Assembly (NCBI GenBank): GCA_046595075.1
Contig: JBKJPT010000052.1
Span: 1 to 54,774 of the forward strand
Length of the DNA stretch: 54,774 nt
Reading direction: 5' to 3'
DNA from: Flavobacteriales bacterium
Lineage (GTDB): Bacteria > Bacteroidota > Bacteroidia > Flavobacteriales_F > PHOS-HE28
The notes beneath the pieces were generated by a model. It was given only the letters and a program-made list of their open reading frames with translations, was not told the origin of the DNA and did not search any database. The position numbers and the translations under genes were made by a program. Numbering within the stretch: position 1 is the first letter of the stretch; each line of letters starts with the position of its first letter. Shown here piece after piece: positions 1 to 9,924 of the stretch.

Positions 1-165
1 CTTGCGCTGCTTCTCCTGCTTCTTCTGTGTTTCGCGCAAGCGGCCCTCTTCCTTCTTCAGTGTGTTGAGCGCGATCGTACTGGCCAACAGAGCGCGCTCA
101 ACACACTGAAGAAGGAAGAGGGCCGCTTGCGCGAAACACAGAAGAAGCAGGAGAAGCAGCGCAAG
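1..165. repeat. Perfect 73-bp inverted repeat at the window edge (1-73 vs 93-165); probable fold-back/chimeric assembly artefact
   Basis: The reverse complement of 1-73 is identical to 93-165, with a 19-nt loop. The right arm is normal in-frame coding sequence of the envC-like gene and the left arm is its antisense copy. Confidence 0.9.
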
Positions 166-711
166 GACCTGGAGGCGGCCATTCGCAAGGCGATCGCCGA
201 GGCCCTGAAACCGCCCAAGCCGAAGGCGGGAGATGCGCCCCCAAAACCTGGCAAAAGGGAACTAACGCTCACGCCCGAAGCGCGTGAGCTCAACGCCGAT
301 TTCGAGAAGAACAAGGGCAAATTGCCCTGGCCGGTGGAAAAGGGTGTGATCACCAGTCGTTTCGGCAAGCAGCCTCACCCGGTGCTGGCCGGGATCGTGA
401 TCGACAACAACGGCATCGACATCACCACCGAAAGGGGCGCAAGCGTAAGGGCGCTCTTCCGAGGCGAGGTGAGCAGCGTGATCGTGCTGCCCGGCGCGGG
501 CAAGGCCGTGATCATCAGTCACGGCGCCTACCGCACAGTGTACAGCAACTTAGGGGCGGTGAGCGTTACCAAGGGACAGAAAGTGGATACCAAGCAGAAC
601 ATTGGCACCGTGCTCACCGGTGATGATGGCGCCGTGGCCCATATCGAAGTGTGGAAGATCACCGCCGACGGTCTGGTGAACGTGGATCCGGCCGCGTGGA
701 TCTTCAGGTAA
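70..711 (+). CDS. envC: Murein hydrolase activator EnvC-like protein (coiled coil + degenerate M23/LytM domain), 5'-truncated
   Basis: The frame reads RDRTGQQSALNTLKKEEGRLRETQ... from 70. It has a coiled coil, then FEKNKGKLPWPV, NNGIDI and HGAYRTVYSNL. The zinc-ligand motifs HxxxD/HxH are degenerate, as in EnvC. Confidence 0.8.
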   Translation, partial: RDRTGQQSALNTLKKEEGRLRETQKKQEKQRKDLEAAIRKAIAEALKPPKPKAGDAPPKPGKRELTLTPEARELNADFEKNKGKLPWPVEKGVITSRFGKQPHPVLAGIVIDNNGIDITTERGASVRALFRGEVSSVIVLPGAGKAVIISHGAYRTVYSNLGAVSVTKGQKVDTKQNIGTVLTGDDGAVAHIEVWKITADGLVNVDPAAWIFR

Positions 712-825
712 CGGCAAGCGGCAAGTCCGGAATGGACGGGTGAGGCCACACATGAACCGGTCGACTTGCCTCTCCACGCTGTCCCCCGCGCCCTACCTTT
801 AGCGGCTGAACAAAGAACTCCGGTC

Positions 826-1023
826 ATGAGCTTCCTTCCTCTCTCCTTCCTACTAGGCATAATTGGTCCCTGGCAGATCGTGTTGATCGTGGCGGTGATC
901 CTGTTGATGTTCGGCGGCAAGAAGATCCCCGAGCTGATGCGTGGCCTTGGTCAGGGCATGAAGGAGTTCAAGGATGCCAAGGACGGCACCAATTCCAACG
1001 AGAAGAAGGAAGAGGGTAAGTGA
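826..1023 (+). CDS. tatA: Twin-arginine translocase subunit TatA/TatE
   Basis: [36 protein letters not shown] shows the TM helix, FG hinge and amphipathic helix. Confidence 0.95.
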   Translation: MSFLPLSFLLGIIGPWQIVLIVAVILLMFGGKKIPELMRGLGQGMKEFKDAKDGTNSNEKKEEGK

Positions 1024-1035
1024 TCCTTGTCCGTT

Positions 1036-1058
1036 GAGCGTGCGATGGTCGCACGCTC
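1036..1058. terminator. 10-bp perfect stem-loop between tatA and gatA (terminator/processing hairpin candidate)
   Basis: GAGCGTGCGA-TGG-TCGCACGCTC; no U-tract follows. Confidence 0.45.
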
Positions 1059-1078
1059 CGGGAACGTTGAACCATAGC

Positions 1079-2482
1079 GTGAGCACCGCGAAGACCTTGA
1101 GCGAAGCACGAGCAGTGCTTTCGGATGGCGGAAGTGTTGTTGCCGCGACCGAAGCGTCCACCGCTTCCGCAGAAGCGAACAAGGACCTCAACGCATTCCT
1201 TGAGGTCTTCAACAAGAGCGCACTGGAGCAAGCCGCGCGTGTGGACGCCAAACGCGCCACCGGTGATAGTGGTGCGCTCGCTGGCCTGCTGATCAGCATC
1301 AAGGACAACATCTGTTACAAGGACCATCGCGTAGGCGCCAGCTCGCGCATTCTCGAAGGCTTCACTTCGCTATACAGTGCCACGGTGGTGGAGCGCCTGA
1401 TCGCGGCCGATGCAGTTATCATCGGTCGCACAAACTGCGACGAGTTCGCCATGGGTAGCAGCAATGAGAACAGCGCCTATGGCAACGTGCTCAACCCGTT
1501 GGACAAGCGCATGGTGCCCGGCGGAAGCAGTGGTGGCGCCGCGGCGAGCGTGGCTGCTGGCATCGTGCATGCGGCGCTGGGCTCGGATACCGGAGGCAGC
1601 ATCCGCCAGCCGGCGTCGTTCACGGGCACCTTCGGCTTCAAACCCACGTACGGGCGCGTGAGCCGCTATGGGTTGATCGCTTTTGCGAGCAGCTTCGACC
1701 AGGTCGGTCCCTTCGCCCGTTCCGTGGATGACATCGCCGCGATCTACAATGTCATTGCCGGTCACGACCCCCTGGACAGCACCACCAGTCGCAAGGCAGT
1801 GGAGCCGGTCACGCTCGCACATCCCGGCAAATTGCGCATCGGCTTCTTCCGTGAAGGGCTGGAGCGCACGGGCATGGATCCCGAAGTGGTGGCACACTTG
1901 CGCGCACACATCGATCGCCTGAAGAGCGAAGGCCACACGGTGGAAGCTGTCGAGGTTCCGCTGTTGGATCACCAGGTACCCTCCTACTACATCCTCGCAA
2001 CGGCGGAGGCGAGCAGCAACCTCGCACGCTTCGACGGCATCCATTTCGGTCACCGCAGCAAGGAGGCCAAGAGCGTCGAAGAGACCTACCGCCTCAGCCG
2101 CACTGAGGGCTTCGGGCCCGAAGTGAAGCGCCGCATTCTCCTCGGCACCTTCGTGCTCAGCGCAGGTTACTATGACGCCTACTACGGACAGGCACAGCGC
2201 GTGCGCCGGATCATCCGCAACAAGACCTTGGAGGCTTTCGAGAAATACGACATCGTCCTCGGCCCTACCTGTCCCACCACGGCTTTCGCGCACGGCGCCA
2301 TCACCGATCCGGTGGCTATGTACCTGCAGGACATCTTCACCGTGCAGGCCAACCTCGCAGGGACACCCGCGATCAGCCTGCCCACGGGCACACACAGCAA
2401 TGGGCTACCCTTCGGTGTGCAATTGATGGCCAAGCCCTTCGATGAGACACGCTTGCTTGCGGCCGCTAAGAATTTGTTCTGA
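1079..2482 (+). CDS. gatA: Asp-tRNA(Asn)/Glu-tRNA(Gln) amidotransferase subunit A
   Basis: Amidase signature IKDNI, DEFAMGSS, GGSSGG, GSDTGGSIRQPA, plus GatA-specific EASSNLARFDG and GFGPEVKRRILLGTFVLSAGYYDAYY. GTG start at 1079 is inferred. Confidence 0.95.
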   Translation: MSTAKTLSEARAVLSDGGSVVAATEASTASAEANKDLNAFLEVFNKSALEQAARVDAKRATGDSGALAGLLISIKDNICYKDHRVGASSRILEGFTSLYSATVVERLIAADAVIIGRTNCDEFAMGSSNENSAYGNVLNPLDKRMVPGGSSGGAAASVAAGIVHAALGSDTGGSIRQPASFTGTFGFKPTYGRVSRYGLIAFASSFDQVGPFARSVDDIAAIYNVIAGHDPLDSTTSRKAVEPVTLAHPGKLRIGFFREGLERTGMDPEVVAHLRAHIDRLKSEGHTVEAVEVPLLDHQVPSYYILATAEASSNLARFDGIHFGHRSKEAKSVEETYRLSRTEGFGPEVKRRILLGTFVLSAGYYDAYYGQAQRVRRIIRNKTLEAFEKYDIVLGPTCPTTAFAHGAITDPVAMYLQDIFTVQANLAGTPAISLPTGTHSNGLPFGVQLMAKPFDETRLLAAAKNLF

Positions 2483-2562
2483 GCGCGTCCACATTCCTCT
2501 GTGGACGAACCGCCCGCATAACAAGTGCGCACTTCCTGCGTACTACAGATACCTTCGGCTCG

Positions 2563-4032
2563 ATGCGCTCCCTCTTCACCCTTTGCCTAGCGGCATGCTT
2601 TCCGGTTATGCTTCTTGCACAACCCGAAAGCACGGCCGTGCGCCTGAGCGCCGATGATCCGGTGATGGCACGGCTGGATGACCTTGCTGCCCTGCCATGG
2701 ATCCAGCGTTCTCTCTTCACCACCGATACCGCCGCACACAATGTGCATGGCTTCACGGCGGAGCAGGTTCCCATATGGTCACCTGCCGACGTGCAACACC
2801 GCTTGGCAGTGCTCGATGAACGCACGCCGTTCAACCTCATCTACAATGCTCCTGTGCAGGCGTACATCGACCTGTACACCGTGCGCAAACGCGAGATGAG
2901 TTCGCGCATGCTGGGCCTTGCCGAACTGTACTTCCCCGTGTTCGAGGAGGAACTGGACAAGCATGGGATACCATTGGAGATGAAATATCTCTCCGTGGTG
3001 GAGAGCGCGCTCAACCCTGCAGCACGTTCACGCGCGGGCGCTGTGGGCCTATGGCAGTTCATGCTGCCCACCGGCAAGATGTACGGCCTGCATGCCGACA
3101 GCTACATTGATGAGCGACACGACGTTTACCAGAGCACCGAGGCTGCGTGCAAGTACTTGAAATACCTGCATGGACTCTACGGCAATTGGGAACTCGCACT
3201 GGCCGCGTACAACTGTGGACCCGGCAATGTGAACAAGGCCATCCGACGCAGCGGTGGGGTAAAGGACTATTGGAAGATCTATGACCACCTGCCGCGCGAA
3301 ACCCGCGGCTACGTGCCCGCCTTCATTGCGGTGAACTATCTCTTCGCACATTACGCCGATCACAACATCTATCCCGTGGCGCCGACTTATTGCGCGTACG
3401 AGGTGGACACCGTGCAGGTGTGCTATCCGTTGGATCTTGCGGCCGTGGCAGTGCTCACGGGTGGCACCGTGCAGGAACTGCGGGAGCTCAACCCCACCTT
3501 CAAGCTGGGCGTGGTGCCGGATGTGCAACAACCGGTGGCGATCTATCTGCCAAAGGACGCGGCAGGGATCTTCGTGAGCAACGAGGAGACCATGCGTTAC
3601 AGCTATCAAGCGGCTCGCGCACTTGCATTACCCAATGCTCAGGAGGCAGCTCCCGTGCAAGTGGCTGAGTCGGTCGATCGCAAGCATACCGTTCGCTCCG
3701 GCGAATCGCTCGGCACCATTGCACACAAGTACAGCATTTCGGTGAGCGAGTTGAGGCGTTTGAACAGCTTGCGTGGCGACATGATCCATCCGGGACAAAA
3801 GCTGGTTGTGAAGCGCAGCCCGTTGAAGAGCGTCGAGCGCACAGCTAACGTCGAACCTGGTTCGAACAACGATGCGCTCTACTACACCGTGCAGCCCGGC
3901 GATACGCTTTGGAGCATTGCTCAACGTCACCCCGGCGTTAGTGTCGAAGACCTGCGTCGCTTGAACGCCGAACTCGATCGCGAAGGACTGAAGCCCGGTG
4001 CTCGGATCAAGGTACGGGTGCCGCAAGGTTGA
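2563..4032 (+). CDS. mltD: Lytic murein transglycosylase D-like (SLT domain + two LysM domains)
   Basis: Signal peptide; VESALNP, GAVGLWQFM, LAAYNCGPG, PRETRGYV; LysM motifs HTVRSGESLGTIA and YTVQPGDTLWSIA. Confidence 0.9.
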   Translation: MRSLFTLCLAACFPVMLLAQPESTAVRLSADDPVMARLDDLAALPWIQRSLFTTDTAAHNVHGFTAEQVPIWSPADVQHRLAVLDERTPFNLIYNAPVQAYIDLYTVRKREMSSRMLGLAELYFPVFEEELDKHGIPLEMKYLSVVESALNPAARSRAGAVGLWQFMLPTGKMYGLHADSYIDERHDVYQSTEAACKYLKYLHGLYGNWELALAAYNCGPGNVNKAIRRSGGVKDYWKIYDHLPRETRGYVPAFIAVNYLFAHYADHNIYPVAPTYCAYEVDTVQVCYPLDLAAVAVLTGGTVQELRELNPTFKLGVVPDVQQPVAIYLPKDAAGIFVSNEETMRYSYQAARALALPNAQEAAPVQVAESVDRKHTVRSGESLGTIAHKYSISVSELRRLNSLRGDMIHPGQKLVVKRSPLKSVERTANVEPGSNNDALYYTVQPGDTLWSIAQRHPGVSVEDLRRLNAELDREGLKPGARIKVRVPQG

Positions 4033-4114
4033 TCCTCGCCGAAATTTATTTCGTCAGCGAGTGTCCCCCCGAGCTCATTGACCTTCAGGCAATAGCATCA
4101 CGCGTGCTACCGTT

Positions 4115-4145
4115 TTATCCACAGCACGACACCCTGTGTTGAAAA
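4115..4145. promoter_or_regulatory. Inverted pair of DnaA boxes
   Basis: Perfect TTATCCACA at 4115-4123 (+) and TTTTCAACA at 4137-4145 (-), ~30 bp upstream of the TACTTTTCG promoter-like element at 4175-4183. Confidence 0.55.
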
Positions 4146-4197
4146 TTGGATTGGTGTCGCGCATCGCATCGCTCTACTTTTCGGTGCACGCACACGC

Positions 4198-4443
4198 ATG
4201 GACTTCGCACACATCCGCCAATTCGCACACCAACACTGCCGTTTCAAGCTGCGGGGTGGCAAGGAGATCTACGGCGTGGTGTGGGAAGTGGAGACCAGCG
4301 ACACCGCCGGCGGCCTACCCACCAAGCGGCTCTACTTCGCCAGCGTGCGCGACTACGAGTTGCTGCAACGCGATGGTGCGCCCGTGCATGTGATCCCCAT
4401 GCAACCCGAAGAGATCGTGGGCGTTGAGAGCTTGGCGAGTTGA
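4198..4443 (+). CDS. Small hypothetical protein (81 aa), possible Sm/LSm-like or SH3-like beta-barrel
   Basis: ATG start, GC3-rich codons typical of the window, own promoter-like motif. CRFKLRGGKEIYGVVWEVE resembles the Sm1 pattern. Confidence 0.7.
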   Translation: MDFAHIRQFAHQHCRFKLRGGKEIYGVVWEVETSDTAGGLPTKRLYFASVRDYELLQRDGAPVHVIPMQPEEIVGVESLAS

Positions 4444-4447
4444 TCGC

Positions 4448-6652
4448 TTACTCCGCCGTCCCCGCCTGCTCAAGGAAGAACGCGTAGATCAGCGCGACTT
4501 CCTTCAGCATTTCGAAACGACCACTGGCGCCGCCGTGCCCCGCTTCCATGTTCGTGAAGAGCAGGATCGGCGCCTTCGACTTCTGGTGTTCGCGCAAGCG
4601 TTGCACCCATTTGGCGGGCTCCCAGTATTGCACTTGGCTGTCGTGCAGGCCGGTGGTAACCAGTAACGAAGGATAGTTGGCGTCCTTCACGTTGTCGTAG
4701 GGCGAATAGGCCAGCATGCGATCGTAGGCCTCCTTCTCTTTGGGGTCGCCCCACTCATCGAACTCGCCCGTGGTGAGCGGTATGCTCTCGTCCAGCATGG
4801 TGGTCACCACATCTACAAAGGGGACTTCGGCACAGGCGGCCTTCCAGCGATCGGGTCGCATGTTCACTACGGCGCCCACAAGCAGGCCGCCCGCGCTTCC
4901 GCCGAGGCAGAACATGCGCTTGGGATCGCCGTACTTCATTTTGTCCAAGTGATCGGCGCAGTCGATGAAGTCCGTGAAGGTGTTCATCTTGTGTTCCATC
5001 TTTCCGTTGTCGTACCAAGCCCGGCCCAGTTCCTCTCCACCGCGGATGTGCGCAATGACGTAAACGAAGCCGCGATCAAGAAGACTGAGGCGTGCGCTGC
5101 TGAAGGTGGGGTCGATGCTGCTGCCGTAGCTGCCATAGCCGTAGAGCAATAGCGGCGCGCTGCCATCGAGCTTGGTGCCTTTGCGGTACACGATGCTCAC
5201 TGGCACTTTTGCGCCATCTCGCGCGGGCGCCCAAATGCGTTCGCTCACATAGTCATCCCGCTTGAAGCCGCCGATCACCTCCTGTTGTTTCAACAGTGTG
5301 TCGCTCGCCGTGTTGAGGTCGTGCTCATATACGCTGCCCGGGGTTGTGAGGCTGGTGTAGCCATAGCGCAACTTGTCCGTATCCCATTCCGGGTTGGTGC
5401 CGCTGTAGGCCACGTACGCCGGGTCGGAAAAGCCGATCTCGTGTTCCTTGCCATCGCTCAGTCGGCGCACCCGAATATGCGTGAGCCCTTCCTTCCGCTC
5501 GGTGAACACAAGGTGGTCTTTGAAGTTGTCCACGTCCTCAAGGAGCACGTCGGCTCGGTGCGGAACCACTTCTTTCCACTTGCTCTTATCGGCCGTTGCT
5601 CCTTCGGCACACTCCATAAGCCTGAAGTTCTGCGCGTTCCAGTTGGTCATGATATACCAATGCCCTGGCGCTTCCGGTGAAATGCCCGCCACATGCATCA
5701 CGCTATGCTCGTGTTCCTCTTCGCGGGGAAGGAAGGTCGTGAAGGCCCCCAGGGGCTGGGTCGCCGCGAGGTAGTGATGCTCGCTGCTCAGGGTGCTTTC
5801 GGTGGTGATCATAACGTACTGTTCGCTGCGAGCGCGATAGACATCACAGCTGAAAGCAGCGTCCTTCTCCTCGTACACGACCACGTCGGTCCTGGGGTCC
5901 GTGCCAAGCACATGGCGGTAAATGCGGTAACTGCGCAGTGTCTTGTCCTTGCGTGGGTAGAAGACGGTCTTGTCATCGGCCCATGCGCAACCACCGCCGG
6001 TGTTGGTGATCAAGTCGGGCAGTTCTTTGCCGGTGGTGGTGTCGCGGAAACGGATCTCGTATTGGCGGCGGCTTACAAAGTCCACGCTGTATGCCACAAT
6101 GTTGTTGCTTGGGCTCACCTCGAAATCTCCGAGGTCGAAATAGCTGTGCCCTTCGGCGAGCTTGTTCTCGTTCAGCAATTCCGTCCAAGCAGCATCCGCA
6201 TCGGAAGGGGTCGCTGCCCCTTCGGCCTTGGCGCGCACATGCACGGCGTACTCCTTCCCTTCATCGAACCGCTGCTGGTACCAGTAACCATTTTCGCGAT
6301 AGGGCACACTAAGGTCCGTCTCCTTGATGCGCGCCTTCATCTCCGCAAAAAGGTCCTCGCGCAGTTGCTTCACCGGCGCGAGCATAGCTTCGGTGTACGC
6401 ATTCTCGGCGTTCAGGTGGGCCACCACTTCCTTGGTGTGCGCATCAGGTGGGTCGGCCTTGCGCTGTTCCTCGGAGAGGCGCATCCAGTAGTATTCGTCG
6501 TTGCGCGTGTTGCCGTGGATGGTGATCTCGTGCGGACGTTTCTCGGCCACGGGTGGCGCGAGCAGGTCTATGGCGTTCATGGGTGAGGGTGCGTCCGTGC
6601 AGGCGGGGATCAACAATGCGAGCGTGAAAAGGGATCCGGCGGTGCGACGCAT
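4448..6652 (-). CDS. ptrB: Oligopeptidase B (S9A), with lipoprotein-like signal peptide
   Basis: DEYYWMR, YGYGSYG, HIRGGEELGRAWY, catalytic GGSAGG, HDSQVQYWEPAKW, AGHGG. N-terminus MRRTAGSLFTLALLIPAC. Confidence 0.93.
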   Translation of the reverse strand: MRRTAGSLFTLALLIPACTDAPSPMNAIDLLAPPVAEKRPHEITIHGNTRNDEYYWMRLSEEQRKADPPDAHTKEVVAHLNAENAYTEAMLAPVKQLREDLFAEMKARIKETDLSVPYRENGYWYQQRFDEGKEYAVHVRAKAEGAATPSDADAAWTELLNENKLAEGHSYFDLGDFEVSPSNNIVAYSVDFVSRRQYEIRFRDTTTGKELPDLITNTGGGCAWADDKTVFYPRKDKTLRSYRIYRHVLGTDPRTDVVVYEEKDAAFSCDVYRARSEQYVMITTESTLSSEHHYLAATQPLGAFTTFLPREEEHEHSVMHVAGISPEAPGHWYIMTNWNAQNFRLMECAEGATADKSKWKEVVPHRADVLLEDVDNFKDHLVFTERKEGLTHIRVRRLSDGKEHEIGFSDPAYVAYSGTNPEWDTDKLRYGYTSLTTPGSVYEHDLNTASDTLLKQQEVIGGFKRDDYVSERIWAPARDGAKVPVSIVYRKGTKLDGSAPLLLYGYGSYGSSIDPTFSSARLSLLDRGFVYVIAHIRGGEELGRAWYDNGKMEHKMNTFTDFIDCADHLDKMKYGDPKRMFCLGGSAGGLLVGAVVNMRPDRWKAACAEVPFVDVVTTMLDESIPLTTGEFDEWGDPKEKEAYDRMLAYSPYDNVKDANYPSLLVTTGLHDSQVQYWEPAKWVQRLREHQKSKAPILLFTNMEAGHGGASGRFEMLKEVALIYAFFLEQAGTAE

Positions 6653-6694
6653 GGGAAAATTTGGAGGCCGAAAGTACACCGCGCTCAATGCCGA

Positions 6695-7408
6695 TCAGGC
6701 CAGTGCGGCGTGCAGTACGGCGGGTGATCGCAGTTCGCCGAGGCCGTCGACGTGCAGGCGGAAGTACAGGAGCAGGTGGTCGAGGAGTTCGCGGCGTTGC
6801 GCGGTCGGGATCACCGAACCGTGGGAATGAAGGAGGTCCCGTCCAAGGAGCTCGATGAACACCGTGCTCAGCAGAGGACCCATGGTGTGGTTGTGAGGTG
6901 CATCGGCCCGGAGGAAGCATCCCTCTTGTAGGTCGAAGTGGTCCTCTCCTTCCTCCGGCATTTCGGGCATGAAGCCGAGGTGCCCCGAAAGTTTGATCAG
7001 GAACACATGCGGAAAACAGCGGAGGTCGTCAACGGTGTCCATCGCTTCCAATGCTTCGTGGAGGAAGTGGTCGAGCGATGGGTCGGCCGCTTCGGCTCGC
7101 AGCACGCGATGCAGCACTTCCTGCACGAAGAGGGCAATGGCTCCGCGTTCGGGGTCGCGGTGCAGGTTGATGTACGGTCTGGAAACGCGCAGTTCGCGCA
7201 CGCTTTGTAGCTCACGGTCGGCGCGTTCATCGGCCACCAGTTCCACCCTGTTCAACGGTTGAATAGCCGCCGCGCTGATGCCATTCTTCTTGCTGATGCG
7301 CACCACGTATGAGCGCAGGCCGGCCTGGCTTGTCCACGCCTTCAGGATCACCGTACCGTCGCCATGCGCGAAAGTCTTGAGCACGATTGCGCGCGTAGTG
7401 TTCAGCAT
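6695..7408 (-). CDS. recO: DNA repair protein RecO
   Basis: MLNTTRAIVLKT OB-fold start, FLIKLSGHLGFMP, FDLQEGCF, YFRLH..LRSPAVL; lies directly downstream of porZ. Confidence 0.9.
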   Translation of the reverse strand: MLNTTRAIVLKTFAHGDGTVILKAWTSQAGLRSYVVRISKKNGISAAAIQPLNRVELVADERADRELQSVRELRVSRPYINLHRDPERGAIALFVQEVLHRVLRAEAADPSLDHFLHEALEAMDTVDDLRCFPHVFLIKLSGHLGFMPEMPEEGEDHFDLQEGCFLRADAPHNHTMGPLLSTVFIELLGRDLLHSHGSVIPTAQRRELLDHLLLYFRLHVDGLGELRSPAVLHAALA

Positions 7409-7425
7409 GGTATAGCAAAGGACGT

Positions 7426-7448
7426 CCTTCGGCAGGCTCAGGATGAAC
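7426..7448. repeat. Single REP-like element half (CTTCGACAGGCTCAG family)
   Basis: CCTTCGGCAGGCTCAGGATGAAC in the porZ-recO spacer resembles a widespread extragenic palindromic repeat family. A more degenerate relative lies at 40941-40960. Confidence 0.45.
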
Positions 7449-7456
7449 ACCTTCGA

Positions 7457-9823
7457 TCATCGCACCACCAGCAACTTGGTGTTGCACTTGTAAGCGCCGG
7501 TGAGGTCGGTAGCGAATATCATGTACACGCCCGTGGCCACCCGGATGCCGCTCATGTCGGTGCCGTTCCAAATGGCCTGTCCGCCCAGCGATGTAGTGCG
7601 GTAGACGAGGTTGCCGCTCACATCGGTGATCTTCACTTCGCTATCGCGCACGAGGCCGGTGATCGCAATGGGGCCGGTGTAGCTCTCGCGCACGGGGTTG
7701 GGGAACACCTTCGCGCAGTTGGCCTCGTCACCACCGTCGGTGGCCTCGCCTCTAAAGCCGATGATCCCACGATCTGTACCGAAGAACACTTCGCCCGAGG
7801 AGCCATCGAGTGCGATGGAGGTGATGTTGTTGCTGGGCAGGGGGCTGTTCTCCTGCGTGAAGTGGTGGATCTGTTCGCGGCCATCAGCGCTCACGAGGTA
7901 GGCGCCGCTGGTCTGCGTGCCGATCCATTTGCGATTGGCACCATCCACGACGATAGAACTCACGGATTCGGTCTCGAGCAGGATCTGCACGTTGCCGTCC
8001 TGTTCGATCAGGATCTGCTGCGCATCCCAATTCCCCTCACCACTGAAGATGGCGTCGGGGGTATAGAACACAGCCACCCCCTTGGTGGTGCCTACCCAGA
8101 TCTGTCCTTCTTTGTCCTCGGCCACGCAGAACACGTCTGGTGCGGGTAGTCCGCCGCTGCCTTCACTGTTGGTCACGAGCTTCCACTGGTCATCCCCCGT
8201 TTCGGCGATGGTACCTGCGTTGTTGAACACGAGCAGTGCGTTGCCGCGCGGGCGCACTATCCACTTATAGCCATTGCTCGCCGCAAGCACCTCTGCGAGC
8301 AGCAAGTTGCCATTGAGCAAGGACCCCGGCGAGAAGCTGTACCAGCTTCCGTTGGCACTGCGCACAGATAAAGGCGATGCCGCCCACGCGTTGGTCACCC
8401 ACAAGTTACCGTCGATGTCGAAGGATAGACCTGCTATGTTCACCTTGCCCGAGTTGTCATTGGTGGCCAGGGCGAGCGAACTGTTGGCCTGTGTGTAGTT
8501 GGTCACGGTGACCCCATCGCGGAATTCGAGGAGCCCATCGTCCCAAGAACCAGCGAACGCATGGTTCGGGTCGTTGGGGTCAACGGCCACCGTCATCATA
8601 TCGTTGACGGCCCCCGCAAAGGCATTCCCTCCGGAAGCAAAGAAGGGGTCCGTTGGTGCGTTGATCGTGTGCCAGGCTTCGTCCTTGAAAAAATGCACTC
8701 CGTCCTTGAGGTACTTGTTGGCCCAGTTGCCTTCGACACTGCCGGTGGCCACATATAGTGCGCCTCCATTGGCATCCATGCGGTAACAGCTGGCATTGAG
8801 CGGGCCGTTGGGGCGCACGGTGATGCCTTGGTCGCCGCCAGTGGCTTTCGCCAGCCCGTGCGAGCGATCGGCCACCCACATGAAGCCGGGGCCGCGAATG
8901 GCCTTGGCGGGTTCGCTGGAAAAACCAGCATAGCCATAATAGTTGGCCACCACGTTGAGTCCCAGATCAAAGAGCTGAATATCGTTCTCGTGCGCAGTGG
9001 CCAATAGCTGTCCATCATCGCTCACGCTCACACCACGATTGCGCCGACCCACGGTACTGGGCACCCACTGCCAGGTGTTGTCGGCGGTGAGGATCAATAA
9101 GGTGTCGTTGTTGTTCAGCTCGCTGCGGAAGCCGATCACAGGTCTTCCGCCAAAAGCCACCGCGAGTTCAAATGGGCCGTTGGCCATTTGTGCACCCATG
9201 TCCGTGCGCTTGTGCCAGTTGTCGAAAGCCGCGAGGTTAGGGGCGGTGCGCGATGCGGTGTACAATCCAGTTGAGGTGGCAGCGTATATCGAGTCGGCGC
9301 TGAAGGTGATGGCGTTCACCTGCAGTTGGCCTCCATTGGGTCCGATGAACCAGGTCTCTTTCACCTCGCGACGTTCAAGATCCACCACCACAATGCCAAA
9401 GCCACAAGCGAGATACGCGATGGTGCCCTCGCAGTGTACCCCATAGATGGCCTTATCGCCGAGTATGCCGCTGCGCTCGATGTCGCCTAGGTTGTAACTG
9501 GTGTTGCCTTGCAGCAGATCGAGGTTGCCGTTGCCATAGTACACCATGAGCGTCTGCAGGGGCTCGTTCCATTTGAGGCCCCGGATGTCCACATCGCTGA
9601 GTGCGTTGGTCTTGTTGATGCGCCCCATTTCGCCAGAGGCTGGGTCGTAAGAGAAAAGGCCGGTGCTGGTGGCGCAATACACCAGTCCTGCACCTTGGGC
9701 CACGTCCACCATGCGGAGGTACGGGAGGTGGTCTCGCCATTGGCCTATGGCCTGTTGCGCCAAGCCTTTTGTCGTGCAAAGGAGCACGGTTGCGACCAAA
9801 AACAAGCGGAGCATCACGTTCAT
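7457..9823 (-). CDS. porZ: Type IX secretion system PorZ-like protein (two beta-propellers + CTD)
   Basis: Signal peptide, IGQWRDHLPY, propeller repeats (WVGTTKG, VDGANRKWIGT, FTQENSPLPSNNI) and CTD VFPNPVR...VKITDVSGNLV...ATGVY. Start is 9823 or 9814. Confidence 0.88.
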   Translation of the reverse strand: MNVMLRLFLVATVLLCTTKGLAQQAIGQWRDHLPYLRMVDVAQGAGLVYCATSTGLFSYDPASGEMGRINKTNALSDVDIRGLKWNEPLQTLMVYYGNGNLDLLQGNTSYNLGDIERSGILGDKAIYGVHCEGTIAYLACGFGIVVVDLERREVKETWFIGPNGGQLQVNAITFSADSIYAATSTGLYTASRTAPNLAAFDNWHKRTDMGAQMANGPFELAVAFGGRPVIGFRSELNNNDTLLILTADNTWQWVPSTVGRRNRGVSVSDDGQLLATAHENDIQLFDLGLNVVANYYGYAGFSSEPAKAIRGPGFMWVADRSHGLAKATGGDQGITVRPNGPLNASCYRMDANGGALYVATGSVEGNWANKYLKDGVHFFKDEAWHTINAPTDPFFASGGNAFAGAVNDMMTVAVDPNDPNHAFAGSWDDGLLEFRDGVTVTNYTQANSSLALATNDNSGKVNIAGLSFDIDGNLWVTNAWAASPLSVRSANGSWYSFSPGSLLNGNLLLAEVLAASNGYKWIVRPRGNALLVFNNAGTIAETGDDQWKLVTNSEGSGGLPAPDVFCVAEDKEGQIWVGTTKGVAVFYTPDAIFSGEGNWDAQQILIEQDGNVQILLETESVSSIVVDGANRKWIGTQTSGAYLVSADGREQIHHFTQENSPLPSNNITSIALDGSSGEVFFGTDRGIIGFRGEATDGGDEANCAKVFPNPVRESYTGPIAITGLVRDSEVKITDVSGNLVYRTTSLGGQAIWNGTDMSGIRVATGVYMIFATDLTGAYKCNTKLLVVR

Positions 9824-9892
9824 GGGTTCGGGTTGGACAATGCGGTCAACGCAATTGGGGGGCGATCGGTATGGACAAGGTAGGTAGGGAAC

Positions 9893-9923
9893 GGAAAAGC
9901 CCCCATCGCGATGAGGGCTTTCC
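9893..9923 (-). terminator. Rho-independent terminator after tRNA-Cys
   Basis: Minus strand GGAAAGCCCTCATCGCGATGGGGGCTTTTCC hairpin directly after the tRNA 3' end. Confidence 0.7.
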
Positions 9924-9924
9924 T

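Noticed and set aside
1-165. 73-bp perfect inverted repeat as a hairpin telomere, MITE or invertible element
   Set aside because: It sits at the very edge of the sequence, one arm is ordinary coding DNA, and the junction has GAGCGCG microhomology. This is the typical signature of a fold-back read chimera; read mapping would confirm.
2487-2506. GTCCACA/TGTGGAC inverted repeat before mltD as DnaA boxes
   Set aside because: Two or more mismatches per box and only a 7-bp stem; not distinguishable from chance or a weak hairpin.
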